Of a DNA stretch of 64,000 nt, positions 18,179 to 27,232 are shown one piece after another. Below the pieces are notes generated by a model. That model saw only the letters and a program-made list of their open reading frames with translations. It was not told the DNA's origin and did not search any database. Origin of the DNA: Candidatus Latescibacterota bacterium (GTDB lineage: Bacteria; Latescibacterota; UBA2968; UBA8231); assembly GCA_965203175.1 (NCBI GenBank), contig OZ241867.1, forward strand, positions 5,536,001-5,600,000, read 5' to 3'. Both the position numbers and the translations under genes were made by a program. How positions within the stretch are numbered: position 1 is the first letter of the stretch; every line of letters begins with the position of its first letter.

Positions 18179-19471
18179 ATGAAAAATCGAGCCACCTCGC
18201 TTTGGATATTTCCCGCTTGGGTCCTGTGCCTGTTGCTAGCGGCCCCTGCCTTCTGCCGCACGGGATCAGTGCCCACAGGACCCGTGCCCGCCGCCCTGCA
18301 GCAGCCCGAGGTGGCCGACCTCGAACCGCTGTTCTGCTGGGCCACCCCGGTGCCCGATGAATACGCCAACAACAAGTCGGGGTACACTGCTTGCGTGGCA
18401 GGGCCCGACGGCAAAGTCTACCTAGGCACGGCCAACTACTACGATTACGGCGACTGGCTGGCCTATGATCCCCACGACCGCAGCATCGAAAGAGTAGTCA
18501 ACCTAAGCCAGACCATCGCCGAAAACCTGTACGACATCAATACCCAGGGCAAGACGCACACGCAGCTGGCCATCGGCCCCGACGGGCGCATATACGGCGG
18601 CACCAAGCAAGGGCACGAACTATTTGCCACCAGGCCCGAAATCGGCGAACAGGCCGGCGGTTATCCCGGCGGTCATTTAATCGCCTATGATCCGCGCACG
18701 GGCCTAGCCCAGGACCTGGGTATCCTGCGCGCCCAAGACGGTCTGATGAACGGCATTGTCGATCACGAGCGCCGCCGCATCTACTTCAAAACCGAACCGC
18801 GCATGCACTTTCTCATCTACGAGCTGGACACGCACCAAGTAATCGACAAAGGGCGAGTGGGCACCTGGAGCCGCTACATCGACATGGACGACCGAGGCGA
18901 TGTGTGGATACCCAATCGCGGCAGAATGACCCGCTACGACGTGGAAAGAGACGAACTCGTCGAGTACAAAGTGCGCGTCCCAGCAGGTGCCCCGCCCTAT
19001 GAAAAACCGTACGCCTGTGTAATTGGCGGCGGCGGCAGCAAGCTCGGAGCCGATTTCAACCGCCGCGGCATGAAGCTCTACGGAGGCGACCTCAGGCAAA
19101 TTCAGGAATTCGACCTGGCCAGCGCCGCCAGCGGAGTCGTGTCCATGCGCTATGTCTGCAATTCAGTCCCCGAGCCCTTTGCAGAAAGCAGCGATATCCA
19201 CACCATGATACAGGACGCCAAGGGCCGGATCTACTGGACTGCGGATGTGGGCCAAAACCCGAAGCAGACCCTGATTATGCGCTACGATCCGCACCAAGGC
19301 CAAGGCGAATGCCTCGGTTATGTCGTCGATGCGGAGTTTGTCCAACATCGGGATTTGCACAATGGCCTAGGCTCGATCCAAGGCTCGGCAATAGGGCCAG
19401 ATGGAACCCTGTACATCATGGCGACCTATCCGTATTACATCCTCGAATTTCCCCGGCTGACCGCGGATTGA
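18179..19471 (+). CDS. Secreted beta-propeller hypothetical protein
   Basis: Signal peptide; repeated blades GPDGKVYLGT, GPDGRIYGGT, DAKGRIYW, GPDGTLY; GYPGGHLIAYDP. Confidence 0.65.
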   Translation: MKNRATSLWIFPAWVLCLLLAAPAFCRTGSVPTGPVPAALQQPEVADLEPLFCWATPVPDEYANNKSGYTACVAGPDGKVYLGTANYYDYGDWLAYDPHDRSIERVVNLSQTIAENLYDINTQGKTHTQLAIGPDGRIYGGTKQGHELFATRPEIGEQAGGYPGGHLIAYDPRTGLAQDLGILRAQDGLMNGIVDHERRRIYFKTEPRMHFLIYELDTHQVIDKGRVGTWSRYIDMDDRGDVWIPNRGRMTRYDVERDELVEYKVRVPAGAPPYEKPYACVIGGGGSKLGADFNRRGMKLYGGDLRQIQEFDLASAASGVVSMRYVCNSVPEPFAESSDIHTMIQDAKGRIYWTADVGQNPKQTLIMRYDPHQGQGECLGYVVDAEFVQHRDLHNGLGSIQGSAIGPDGTLYIMATYPYYILEFPRLTAD

Positions 19472-19477
19472 GAATCC

Positions 19478-22400
19478 ATGTATCGGATAAAATTCACAAG
19501 CTGCGCCCTGCTCGCTTTTTCCCCACTGCTCGCCGGCGCTGAACCCGCGCTGGACCTGGAGCGGGAAAGTGCTCGCATGGTGCCTCTGTTTGAGGCCCTG
19601 CCCGTCAATGAGTGCATGGTGACTGCAATGGTCCGCCGGCAGCGCGACGGCCTGATCATTGGGGCCACCTGCGGCAAAAAGGAAATCTGCCTGTTCAGCT
19701 TTGACCCCAGCAGCACGGCAGTGAAAAAACTCGACTGCTTCGAGGCCCTGTGGTGGGATGAGCCGCGCCTAGCGCTCGGACCCGAAGGGGACATTTATCT
19801 GGGTGCCCGACGAGCGTACGACAAGCAGTTCTTCTTCGAGCGCCCGCGGCAGCGCCCTCACACCCCCAGCACATTCAGGCGCCGCGACTCAGTGCCGCCA
19901 CCCCACCTGACGGATCCAACAGCCCCAAGCATGCCCATCCGGCACTACTCGCCCGCTGGCCGCTTGCTCGCAGAAATCGCCCTCCCTGAATTCCCCGAGC
20001 CGGACGGAGTAGGAGCCCTAGCCGTCGACGCCACCGGGCAAATGCTCTGCGGCCTTACCGCGCCCGGAGGGCGGCTTTTCACCGTGGCGCTGTCGTCCGA
20101 ATGGGAGGCACAAAAGGATTACGGCGAGGTAGTCCCCCTGCCCCAACACCACCATACCCGCCCAATCAGCAGAGTCCTGCTGGCTGCAGACAACGGCAAG
20201 ATCTACCTCAGCGGCACCAGCACCGGGGCGAGTGGCGACGACGACATGGGTCGCATCCTCGAACTGGATCCCCTCACAGGCGTCCTCAAGCCCCTCGATG
20301 CCAGATTGCCCGCCGTAGTGGGGCGACGGCGCTTCGCCGCCATCGACGCCGCGGTAAAACTGGACGACGGCAGCTTTCTCGCCGGCACGACAGATGGCTA
20401 TCTGTTCCGCTTTGACCCAAAAGCCGCATTGCTAGAGGGTTTTGGCAAGCCCCTGCGGCAGCACCGCATACCGGGGCTGGCCCGGGGGGTGGATAGCCTG
20501 ATCTACGGCGTGGGCGGCGAAGAGGAAGGGCTGCCGCGCTTGTTTGCCTTTGACCCGGTCCAACGCCGGATACACCTGGGCACCTGGCCGGGCGGCATGC
20601 AGCCGGAAGGAGGACACCAAACCTTCGGCGATATCGGCGCAGTCGTCAGCACGGCCGACGGCACCCTCATATGTGGCGAGCGCGAGCGGCGCGGTTACCT
20701 GCTGTTGTACTACCCAAAAGACAGGCCGATGTCCTCCGCTGCAGAGACCAAAGCGCGCTACACCGCTGCCACCGCAACCTCGTCCAAGTGGAAAAGCACC
20801 CTTGCGGGCGAGGCGCTCGCCAACTGCACCCGCGACCGTTTCATCGATTTTTCCGTCGCCTCTGGCACCCTTGGTCTAGCCCCCACCTATCTGATCGCCG
20901 ATGCCATGGCCCGCAGTTCGAAAATCAGCGAACCCCTGACGGACGCAATCCAAGTAAAAAAGGTCTTCGAACTGCCATCGGCAGTCGAAAAAGTCGAAAT
21001 CCTCTTTTTCGGCGGGGGTGGTAGCGAACAAACACCCATGCTCATCACAGTCAACGGGCACGAGATCCGCCACGTTCAGAACAGAGAAAAAATGCTCACG
21101 GGCGGCTGGGACCGGGAAACCATTCCCGGCCGCTACCTGCAGCAGGGCAGCAACGAACTGATCTTTTCGGGAGCAGGGTTTCTGCTCATCGATGCGGATA
21201 GGCCCGGCAAAAACAGTTTCAAGCGCCTTTCCGGGGAAAGCAGCGAGTGGAAGAGCGACATACTCGGGCCCGGGAACAATCTCTCAGGCGAGTACGTCGT
21301 CCGCATCCGGGTCCACGGCTATCCGCCCGAGGGTACCCTGACTTCCCCAATAATTGATATGGCCGCAGAATATGCCCTTTCCCCCAAGATAGAGGTGAGC
21401 GCCCTGCATCTGTCCGCCGATCTGGCACTACAGCCGCAGACCGCTGTCCGGTTCGCAGTGCGCACTGGCTCAACGGCCTGGTACGCGCCGGATAAATGGA
21501 GTCCCTGGCGGTCAGCCGACTCGGCCAATACCCTGCCCGGACAGCGCTTTGTGCAGTGGCGAGCGACCCTTTCCAGCCGGGATGCCCGCATCACGCCCTT
21601 AGTGAAAAAAGTGACCATTGAGGCTTCCGGCCGGATCAGCGGGGTAAATCACCCGGACATCGAGATGATCGAGGCACCGGACAATGCTATTGCGGTCTCT
21701 TCGTACGATTTCGACTACGCCGACCCGCACCACCCCCGCATGCGCCACCTGCGGGAAAAATACCGGCTGGAGGAAATAGTCGCCCCTGGCAAAACGGAGA
21801 TGGAAAAGTTTGCCCTTTTGCGTCAGTGGGTGCGCCGGCAGTGGGAGGGATGGAACGAAAACGAGTACAACTACTGCCCACAGTGGGACGCGCTGGAGAT
21901 CCTCGAACTAGCTCCGCAGAACCTGGCGCTGGGGATGTGTACCCACTATGCGGCTGTCTTTGCCCAGTGCGCCGCGGCCCTAGGGTACCACACCCGTCCC
22001 CTCATCGTCGACCACCACTGCCTGACCGAGATCTGGTCGGACCAGTACGGCAAGTGGATTCTCCAAGATCCGGGGCTTCTGCCAGGGCACCAAGTGGCTT
22101 TCCAGTACGAAAGGGCCGGTGTGCCCATCAATGCGCTCGAAATGCATCGCAGCGCCGCAGCCAACAAGGCCGGGAATATCGATATTATTCCCCCACCGCC
22201 CATTCCCGTGGACCAGATGCGGCGGATGTTTGTCGATCTGTACCTGCGCTTCGGCATACCGCTGCGCAACGACCACCTGTACCGCTCCGAGCCTCAAGAA
22301 CTGGAACAGGGCATGAATCAGTACCACTGGGACGGCCATCTGTGGTGGACCGACAGTCTCGACCCGAGGTACCCGGAATACTCACTCCAGACCACCCGGC

Positions 22401-22669
22401 CAGAGGATTTCTATTGGTCCTTGAACAAAACGAGGATCGACCTAGAGGACACCGAGACGACCGCGACCCTGTCCGTGCAATTGTCCGGCCCCATTCCCAA
22501 TCTCGCCCGCTTTGAGATCAGCTTGGACGAGGGCGCATGGCAGGAGAGCGATCCGTCTTTCGCGTGGAACCTGCGCCCGGGCAGAAACGCGCTGCGGGCA
22601 AAAGCGGTCAATACCATGGGCCTCCAAGGCCCTGTCAATCAGGTCGTACTCGAGTATCGCAGCAACTGA
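19478..22669 (+). CDS. Large secreted protein: N-terminal beta-propeller plus C-terminal transglutaminase-like domain
   Basis: Signal peptide; propeller blades in residues ~30-410; putative Cys-His-Asp triad GMCTHYA...HHCLTEIWSDQYGKWILQDP. Confidence 0.7.
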   Translation: MYRIKFTSCALLAFSPLLAGAEPALDLERESARMVPLFEALPVNECMVTAMVRRQRDGLIIGATCGKKEICLFSFDPSSTAVKKLDCFEALWWDEPRLALGPEGDIYLGARRAYDKQFFFERPRQRPHTPSTFRRRDSVPPPHLTDPTAPSMPIRHYSPAGRLLAEIALPEFPEPDGVGALAVDATGQMLCGLTAPGGRLFTVALSSEWEAQKDYGEVVPLPQHHHTRPISRVLLAADNGKIYLSGTSTGASGDDDMGRILELDPLTGVLKPLDARLPAVVGRRRFAAIDAAVKLDDGSFLAGTTDGYLFRFDPKAALLEGFGKPLRQHRIPGLARGVDSLIYGVGGEEEGLPRLFAFDPVQRRIHLGTWPGGMQPEGGHQTFGDIGAVVSTADGTLICGERERRGYLLLYYPKDRPMSSAAETKARYTAATATSSKWKSTLAGEALANCTRDRFIDFSVASGTLGLAPTYLIADAMARSSKISEPLTDAIQVKKVFELPSAVEKVEILFFGGGGSEQTPMLITVNGHEIRHVQNREKMLTGGWDRETIPGRYLQQGSNELIFSGAGFLLIDADRPGKNSFKRLSGESSEWKSDILGPGNNLSGEYVVRIRVHGYPPEGTLTSPIIDMAAEYALSPKIEVSALHLSADLALQPQTAVRFAVRTGSTAWYAPDKWSPWRSADSANTLPGQRFVQWRATLSSRDARITPLVKKVTIEASGRISGVNHPDIEMIEAPDNAIAVSSYDFDYADPHHPRMRHLREKYRLEEIVAPGKTEMEKFALLRQWVRRQWEGWNENEYNYCPQWDALEILELAPQNLALGMCTHYAAVFAQCAAALGYHTRPLIVDHHCLTEIWSDQYGKWILQDPGLLPGHQVAFQYERAGVPINALEMHRSAAANKAGNIDIIPPPPIPVDQMRRMFVDLYLRFGIPLRNDHLYRSEPQELEQGMNQYHWDGHLWWTDSLDPRYPEYSLQTTRPEDFYWSLNKTRIDLEDTETTATLSVQLSGPIPNLARFEISLDEGAWQESDPSFAWNLRPGRNALRAKAVNTMGLQGPVNQVVLEYRSN

Positions 22670-22760
22670 GCGCGTGGCCCGCGTCCCGGATCAATGTATA
22701 CCAGTAGAGGTAGCACTTCTACACGTGACTCCGGGAACGGTCGTCCACTAGACACTCCCC

Positions 22761-22798
22761 TTGCGCCTCGATTAAATGTTATTACACTAGTAGCAACA
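22761..22798 (+). promoter_or_regulatory. Putative promoter and autorepression operator of the TA pair
   Basis: TTGCGC-N16-TACACT, overlapped by the imperfect palindrome TGTTATTAC-acta-GTAGCAACA; RBS AGGAGG follows. Confidence 0.5.
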
Positions 22799-22812
22799 AC
22801 AGGAGGTGCTTC

Positions 22813-23040
22813 ATGGTTGAACTCAAAGTCCGCAAATTCGGCAACTCACTCGGCGTCGTCCTGCCCAAGGAAGTCGTCAACCGGCTGCGCACCAAAGACG
22901 GGGATCCTCTATTCCTGATCGAAGGGCCAGACGGCAGCTACCAGATGACGCCCTACGATCCCACCTTTGCAAAGAAGCTGGCAAAGGCCGAAGACATCAT
23001 CGATCGCTATCGCAACACGCTCCACGTTCTGGCCCAGTGA
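22813..23040 (+). CDS. AbrB/MazE-family antitoxin
   Basis: LKVRKFGNSLGVVLPKE AbrB motif; overlaps the doc start. Confidence 0.9.
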   Translation: MVELKVRKFGNSLGVVLPKEVVNRLRTKDGDPLFLIEGPDGSYQMTPYDPTFAKKLAKAEDIIDRYRNTLHVLAQ

Positions 23041-23438
23041 CGGAACCGGTTTGGATTGACGCACGCGACGCGCTGATGCTACACGACCGACTGCTCGCGC
23101 TGCACGGCGGCGCGGCGGGGGTGCGCGACGATGGCTTGTTGCAATCGGCTTTGGCCCGGCCACAGCAACACTACGCCTATGCGGATGCGCCCGATCTCAT
23201 CGAAATGGCAACCGCCTATACGGCGGGTATCGTGCGCAACCATCCTTTTGTCGATGGCAACAAGCGCACCGGCTTTGTAGTCGGAATCCTGTTTTTGGAG
23301 TTGAACGGCTATCGCTTCACCGCCATTCAAGAGAACGCGGCTCAAGCCGTCATCGCGCTGGCGGCCGGGACACTCGATGAAGCGGGCTACACGTCTTTCC
23401 TGCGCGCGAACACCGAAGTGCAACGCGAAAAACAATGA
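23037..23438 (+). CDS. doc: Doc (death-on-curing) family toxin
   Basis: HGGAAGVRD..LL.SALARP and the Doc motif HPFVDGNKRTG. Confidence 0.92.
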   Translation: MTEPVWIDARDALMLHDRLLALHGGAAGVRDDGLLQSALARPQQHYAYADAPDLIEMATAYTAGIVRNHPFVDGNKRTGFVVGILFLELNGYRFTAIQENAAQAVIALAAGTLDEAGYTSFLRANTEVQREKQ

Positions 23439-23582
23439 CAGCGCATTAGCACGGCTCATCCACCGCTTAAAAGCGGCCTATTGCGCCACCTCTCCACCCG
23501 CTATATCTTGCCCCACCATGAATTTACGCCTCAGCATCATCGCCCAGAGCTTTATTCCCCTCTGCAAAGCGCATCTCCTCGC

Positions 23583-25037
23583 ATGAACAAAGTAGAAATC
23601 CCGCCGCCCGAAGGCGTCTTCGCCCAGTCCTGGTCGCTGAAAAAACTTTTTGGTATGCTCGCCGTCTTCGGCCCGGCGGCCATCGTCGCCTCGGTCGCCA
23701 TCGGCGCTGGCGAGACCATCGTCGTGGTGCGGGCCGGGGCTTGGGCTGGTTACGGCCTGTTGTGGATGGTCTTGCTCAGTTGTCTGGTCAAGGGCGTCTT
23801 CTTCACCTACCTGATTGGCCGCTACACAGCCGTCAGCGGCGAGCTGATCGGCCACCGCCTCGTGCGTCTGCCCGGGCCGCGCGGGTGGCTGCTGTTGACC
23901 ATTTTGCTGTTTGAGATGATCGGCGCGCCCCTAGCTTGGGTACCCGTCTCCAAGCCCTGCGGCGACCTCTTTCACTTCCTGCTGCGCGACATGCTGCCCG
24001 CTGGCGAGGAAGAAGTCTTTTGGGAAAACGCCATAACCTCGGCCTTCATTGCCTTGGCGCTGTTCTTTGGCATCCGCCTGTCCTTTGAACGCCTCGAAAA
24101 GCAACAACTCCTCATCTGCGGAATCCTAGTCACGGGCACCATCGCCGGGACCCTCATCGTGCGTCCAGACTTTATCGCGGCGCTTGTCGGGACCTTCCGT
24201 TTTGGCGACCTGCCGCCCTTCCCAGAGTGGGCACCCGCGGACACCGTCGCGCATCCGCTGCTGACGTTGGGCACCACCTTTGGCTACGTCGGCGGCGGGG
24301 TCATTAGCTACATCGCCTACGCCAACTGGGTCGGCCTGCACAAGTGGGGGCTGACGGGCCACCAAGACATCGAGGCCATCCGCGACCGCGCCGGACGCAG
24401 CGAGACCATCGACTACCTACCCGACGATCCCCAGCAAATCCATCGCCTGCGGCAACGCGTGGCACCGCTGCGCTGGGACGTGGCGCTGGGGGCACTGGTC
24501 CTCTTCATCGTCACCGGGGCCTTTATGATTTCCGGAGCGGCCGTGCTCTTCCCGCTCGAAACCCGCTTTGAGGGCTGGAACTTGCTGACGCATCAAGCCC
24601 ACGTCTGGCGGCAGATTCATCCGACCTTAGTGTGGATTTACTACGTCTGCATCCTCGCCGCACTGTGGGGCACCCTGCAAGCCCTGCCCGAAATCTACGC
24701 CCGCGTGGCCCAAGAGTTTCTCTCCGCCCGCTGGCCCGACCGCACTTGGGAATACCAGGCGATCAAGCGCGTCATCTGCCTCTACATCTTCGCCACCACC
24801 ATGCTCATCGTCTGGAACAACATCCCCTTCGACATCCTGACCCAGATCGCCGGCTTCCTCATCGCCAACCTAGCCATTGCCATGATGATGGTGGCAGCTA
24901 TCTATCTCAACTTCAAGCTACCCACCTCCTACCGCACCCGCGCTTGGGTTCTCATCGGCGCGGTGCTCTCGACTGTGGTACTGATCGCCTCAGCCGCCGT
25001 CAGTGGTTGGGGACTGCTGGGAAAACTGGCGGGCTGA
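23583..25037 (+). CDS. NRAMP/APC-superfamily transporter (YcsG-like)
   Basis: FGPAAIVASVAIGAGE..V..RAGA..GY.LLW N-terminal motif; about 11 hydrophobic segments. Confidence 0.75.
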   Translation: MNKVEIPPPEGVFAQSWSLKKLFGMLAVFGPAAIVASVAIGAGETIVVVRAGAWAGYGLLWMVLLSCLVKGVFFTYLIGRYTAVSGELIGHRLVRLPGPRGWLLLTILLFEMIGAPLAWVPVSKPCGDLFHFLLRDMLPAGEEEVFWENAITSAFIALALFFGIRLSFERLEKQQLLICGILVTGTIAGTLIVRPDFIAALVGTFRFGDLPPFPEWAPADTVAHPLLTLGTTFGYVGGGVISYIAYANWVGLHKWGLTGHQDIEAIRDRAGRSETIDYLPDDPQQIHRLRQRVAPLRWDVALGALVLFIVTGAFMISGAAVLFPLETRFEGWNLLTHQAHVWRQIHPTLVWIYYVCILAALWGTLQALPEIYARVAQEFLSARWPDRTWEYQAIKRVICLYIFATTMLIVWNNIPFDILTQIAGFLIANLAIAMMMVAAIYLNFKLPTSYRTRAWVLIGAVLSTVVLIASAAVSGWGLLGKLAG

Positions 25038-25076
25038 CAGGCGGCGACGACACTGTTCATTCGCGCTTGTCCCTCA

Positions 25077-25553
25077 ATGAAAACTAAGATTAAGAAAAAC
25101 TACCTATACTACGCTGCCGGTCGGACATGGTCTGTGCCAGAGCTACGACTAGTTTCACTCCCCGATGGCACCGCTGCCATTTCTGAAGAGGAAATCCACC
25201 GGATCCACCGGGCGATCGCCAACGAAATCTGCGGAAATAACACCAGTCTATCTATGGAAGAATTGGAATTCCTCTGTGACGTAACGGACACCACCTTCTC
25301 GGATGTGGCAGACTGGCTACAGATCCACCGCAGCACGGTTACTCGATGGCGCAAATCTGGTGAAGTGCCGAAGAGCGTAATGAGCTTGGTACTCAAGAAA
25401 TGGTTTTGGTACCTTCTTTTCGGAGAATCTCTCCATGACGAAGCGATTCCGCTGAATTGCGCCGTCAACGAGACCAAATTCCTGTCTTTTGCCAAACAAG
25501 AGACCATTGATAAACACTTAGCAGACCCAGTCTCCCAAGCTAAAATTCTATAA
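25077..25553 (+). CDS. XRE-HTH protein, MqsA-like antitoxin architecture (orphan)
   Basis: LSMEELEFL...FSDVADWLQIHRSTVTRWRKSGEVP HTH; lower GC than the flank; no toxin gene adjacent. Confidence 0.55.
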   Translation: MKTKIKKNYLYYAAGRTWSVPELRLVSLPDGTAAISEEEIHRIHRAIANEICGNNTSLSMEELEFLCDVTDTTFSDVADWLQIHRSTVTRWRKSGEVPKSVMSLVLKKWFWYLLFGESLHDEAIPLNCAVNETKFLSFAKQETIDKHLADPVSQAKIL

Positions 25554-25687
25554 CATGGGTCGCGACGGAAGTATCGTTCGCTGGTGCTTAAGGAGACCCG
25601 ACCAGTGGCTTTGGGGTTCGGAAGGGTGCTGATGCCAGAGAGTGATGTACTTTGTGGAGATGGCGAGGAGGATTGGGGGATTTGCTC

Positions 25688-27232
25688 CTATATGTAATGT
25701 CTAAACGGTAAGGGCGGCAGATCGGGAACAGGTGCAGCAGTAAGAATTTCTCCTACAGCATCAGCAAATTTGAGTGTAACAGGTTGTCCGTCTGCGAACT
25801 GGCAGGTGTTGAAGTTGATCTTGGTTAGGCCCATCACATCCGTCATAACCCTGAGCAGATCCGCATCGCCTCTGTGGATTTCGATTAGAAGAGGATTGGG
25901 CACCTCCCAACCAGGATAGGTGTCGAGTCGAGGTATAAAACCCTTGGTCCAAAGGTATCCTCTCCCTCTTGTTGAAAGGTATGCAGTGCCACGCAGGACG
26001 GGCATTTTACCTGATCTATATAGCTTCAACTCACTGGTTGAGCGAATACGCACCCCGACTAGGTCGGTCTCTTTTGGGACAACGGATTTGAAACCTTCCC
26101 ACTCATCGTCGTTAAATCGCGTTTTGCCGTGAATAAAAAGCTCAGTAGGTGGCTTTCCGTGAAGGTTTAGATATGACCCCACCACTAGACTCATCAACTC
26201 GGAGGCTTTCTCTTTACTAAGGTGAAATTCGTGCGTATCCTTCGAGTACCAAGGGCCGACTGCACCTCGAAAAACAACGCCATCGCCCGAGTCCAAAAAC
26301 ATTTGGGCTCCGCAACAAGCATTGCCAGCGATTATGTCGGTACCGTCCATCTTGTAAACCAATCCTACGTAGCAGACCCCCGGGCGGACCGACGCCAGTT
26401 TCCATGGTTTGCCACTGGCCTTGAAGAATGCTGTTGTACAGAGATTCCAAGCGACTGTGGCAGGATCTTCAGGTTCACGGATGAGGCGGCCATCTTGAGT
26501 GAATCGGTGAGGTGTAAGTGTCGTGTCGCGTACAATCTGAAGGACAGCCCCTATACCTAAAAGGCGAGCTTTCATTTGGTGGTGAAAATTAAGCTCGTAG
26601 CGGTAAATTTCTGCGGCTTTCCGGTCTTCGGGAAAAAGCGAACCTTTACGGAGAATTCGACGTCCGTCCCTAGGTTCGAAAGGCTGATTTCCCTTAATGC
26701 GCTCTTCCTTCGGTACAACTGACTTAGGTCGCCCATATCGGTAAACCTCTTCCGGTATGATAACGAACCACATGGTAGGCGGTGCTTCGTCTTGGCGTAA
26801 ATGCCTGCGTATCGGCTCCTCAAAAAGCTCGACAGTCTTGTATATTGCTTCATGCCTATCAGTGATCCGAATCGAATCACGAACGTCATTTTCCAAGACA
26901 GTTAATTCGACTAGAGGATTTTCTGGCCACTGAGTGCCAAAAACTGCTTGGAATCCAGGCCAACCAGTGTGGTGGGGTTCATTCGGGGTCTTGGGTGGAA
27001 TATAGCGTCGAATACTTTCTACCCATTCACGAAAACAGCTCAAACCGTTCGGTGTCCCAATGACGCCGATACGCATTTCGGCAGGATTAGCTCTGTCATC
27101 CAAGGGTCCGAACAGAAAAAGCCCATCCTTCGGATGTTCCAATTCCTGACCGTAGCGGAAGCCTAATTGTGGCTCTTCGATGTGTTTGAGTGGAGAGTTT
27201 TCATACCGCCTCTCCGTATTTGTCGTCTTCAT
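25688..27232 (-). CDS. ago: Short prokaryotic Argonaute (MID-PIWI, catalytically inactive), SPARTA
   Basis: HIEEPQL.F.YGQ...PKDGLFLFGP N-terminus; MID FHHQMKARLL...QIVRDTT; KASGKPWKL; CYVGLVYK without the DEDX tetrad; LFIHG; TKINFN; C-terminal PPLPFRHYI. Matches short pAgos of SPARTA systems. Start uncertain. Confidence 0.95.
   Translation of the reverse strand: MKTTNTERRYENSPLKHIEEPQLGFRYGQELEHPKDGLFLFGPLDDRANPAEMRIGVIGTPNGLSCFREWVESIRRYIPPKTPNEPHHTGWPGFQAVFGTQWPENPLVELTVLENDVRDSIRITDRHEAIYKTVELFEEPIRRHLRQDEAPPTMWFVIIPEEVYRYGRPKSVVPKEERIKGNQPFEPRDGRRILRKGSLFPEDRKAAEIYRYELNFHHQMKARLLGIGAVLQIVRDTTLTPHRFTQDGRLIREPEDPATVAWNLCTTAFFKASGKPWKLASVRPGVCYVGLVYKMDGTDIIAGNACCGAQMFLDSGDGVVFRGAVGPWYSKDTHEFHLSKEKASELMSLVVGSYLNLHGKPPTELFIHGKTRFNDDEWEGFKSVVPKETDLVGVRIRSTSELKLYRSGKMPVLRGTAYLSTRGRGYLWTKGFIPRLDTYPGWEVPNPLLIEIHRGDADLLRVMTDVMGLTKINFNTCQFADGQPVTLKFADAVGEILTAAPVPDLPPLPFRHYI

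Noticed and set aside
22682-22739. Integron attC site
   Set aside because: It lacks RYYYAAC/GTTRRRY boxes and there is no integrase or array. Kept only as a generic hairpin.
25554-25687. Gene-end duplications around SPARTA and the other junction cassettes
   Set aside because: I looked for repeats of the upstream genes' 3' ends at all three junctions and around AbrB-Doc and found none. Only the Fic unit shows one, which weakens the case for a single shared mechanism.
25688-27232. Catalytically active (slicer) Argonaute, or a new pAgo class
   Set aside because: There is no DEDX tetrad and no N/PAZ domains, and the sequence and partner match the described SPARTA type.
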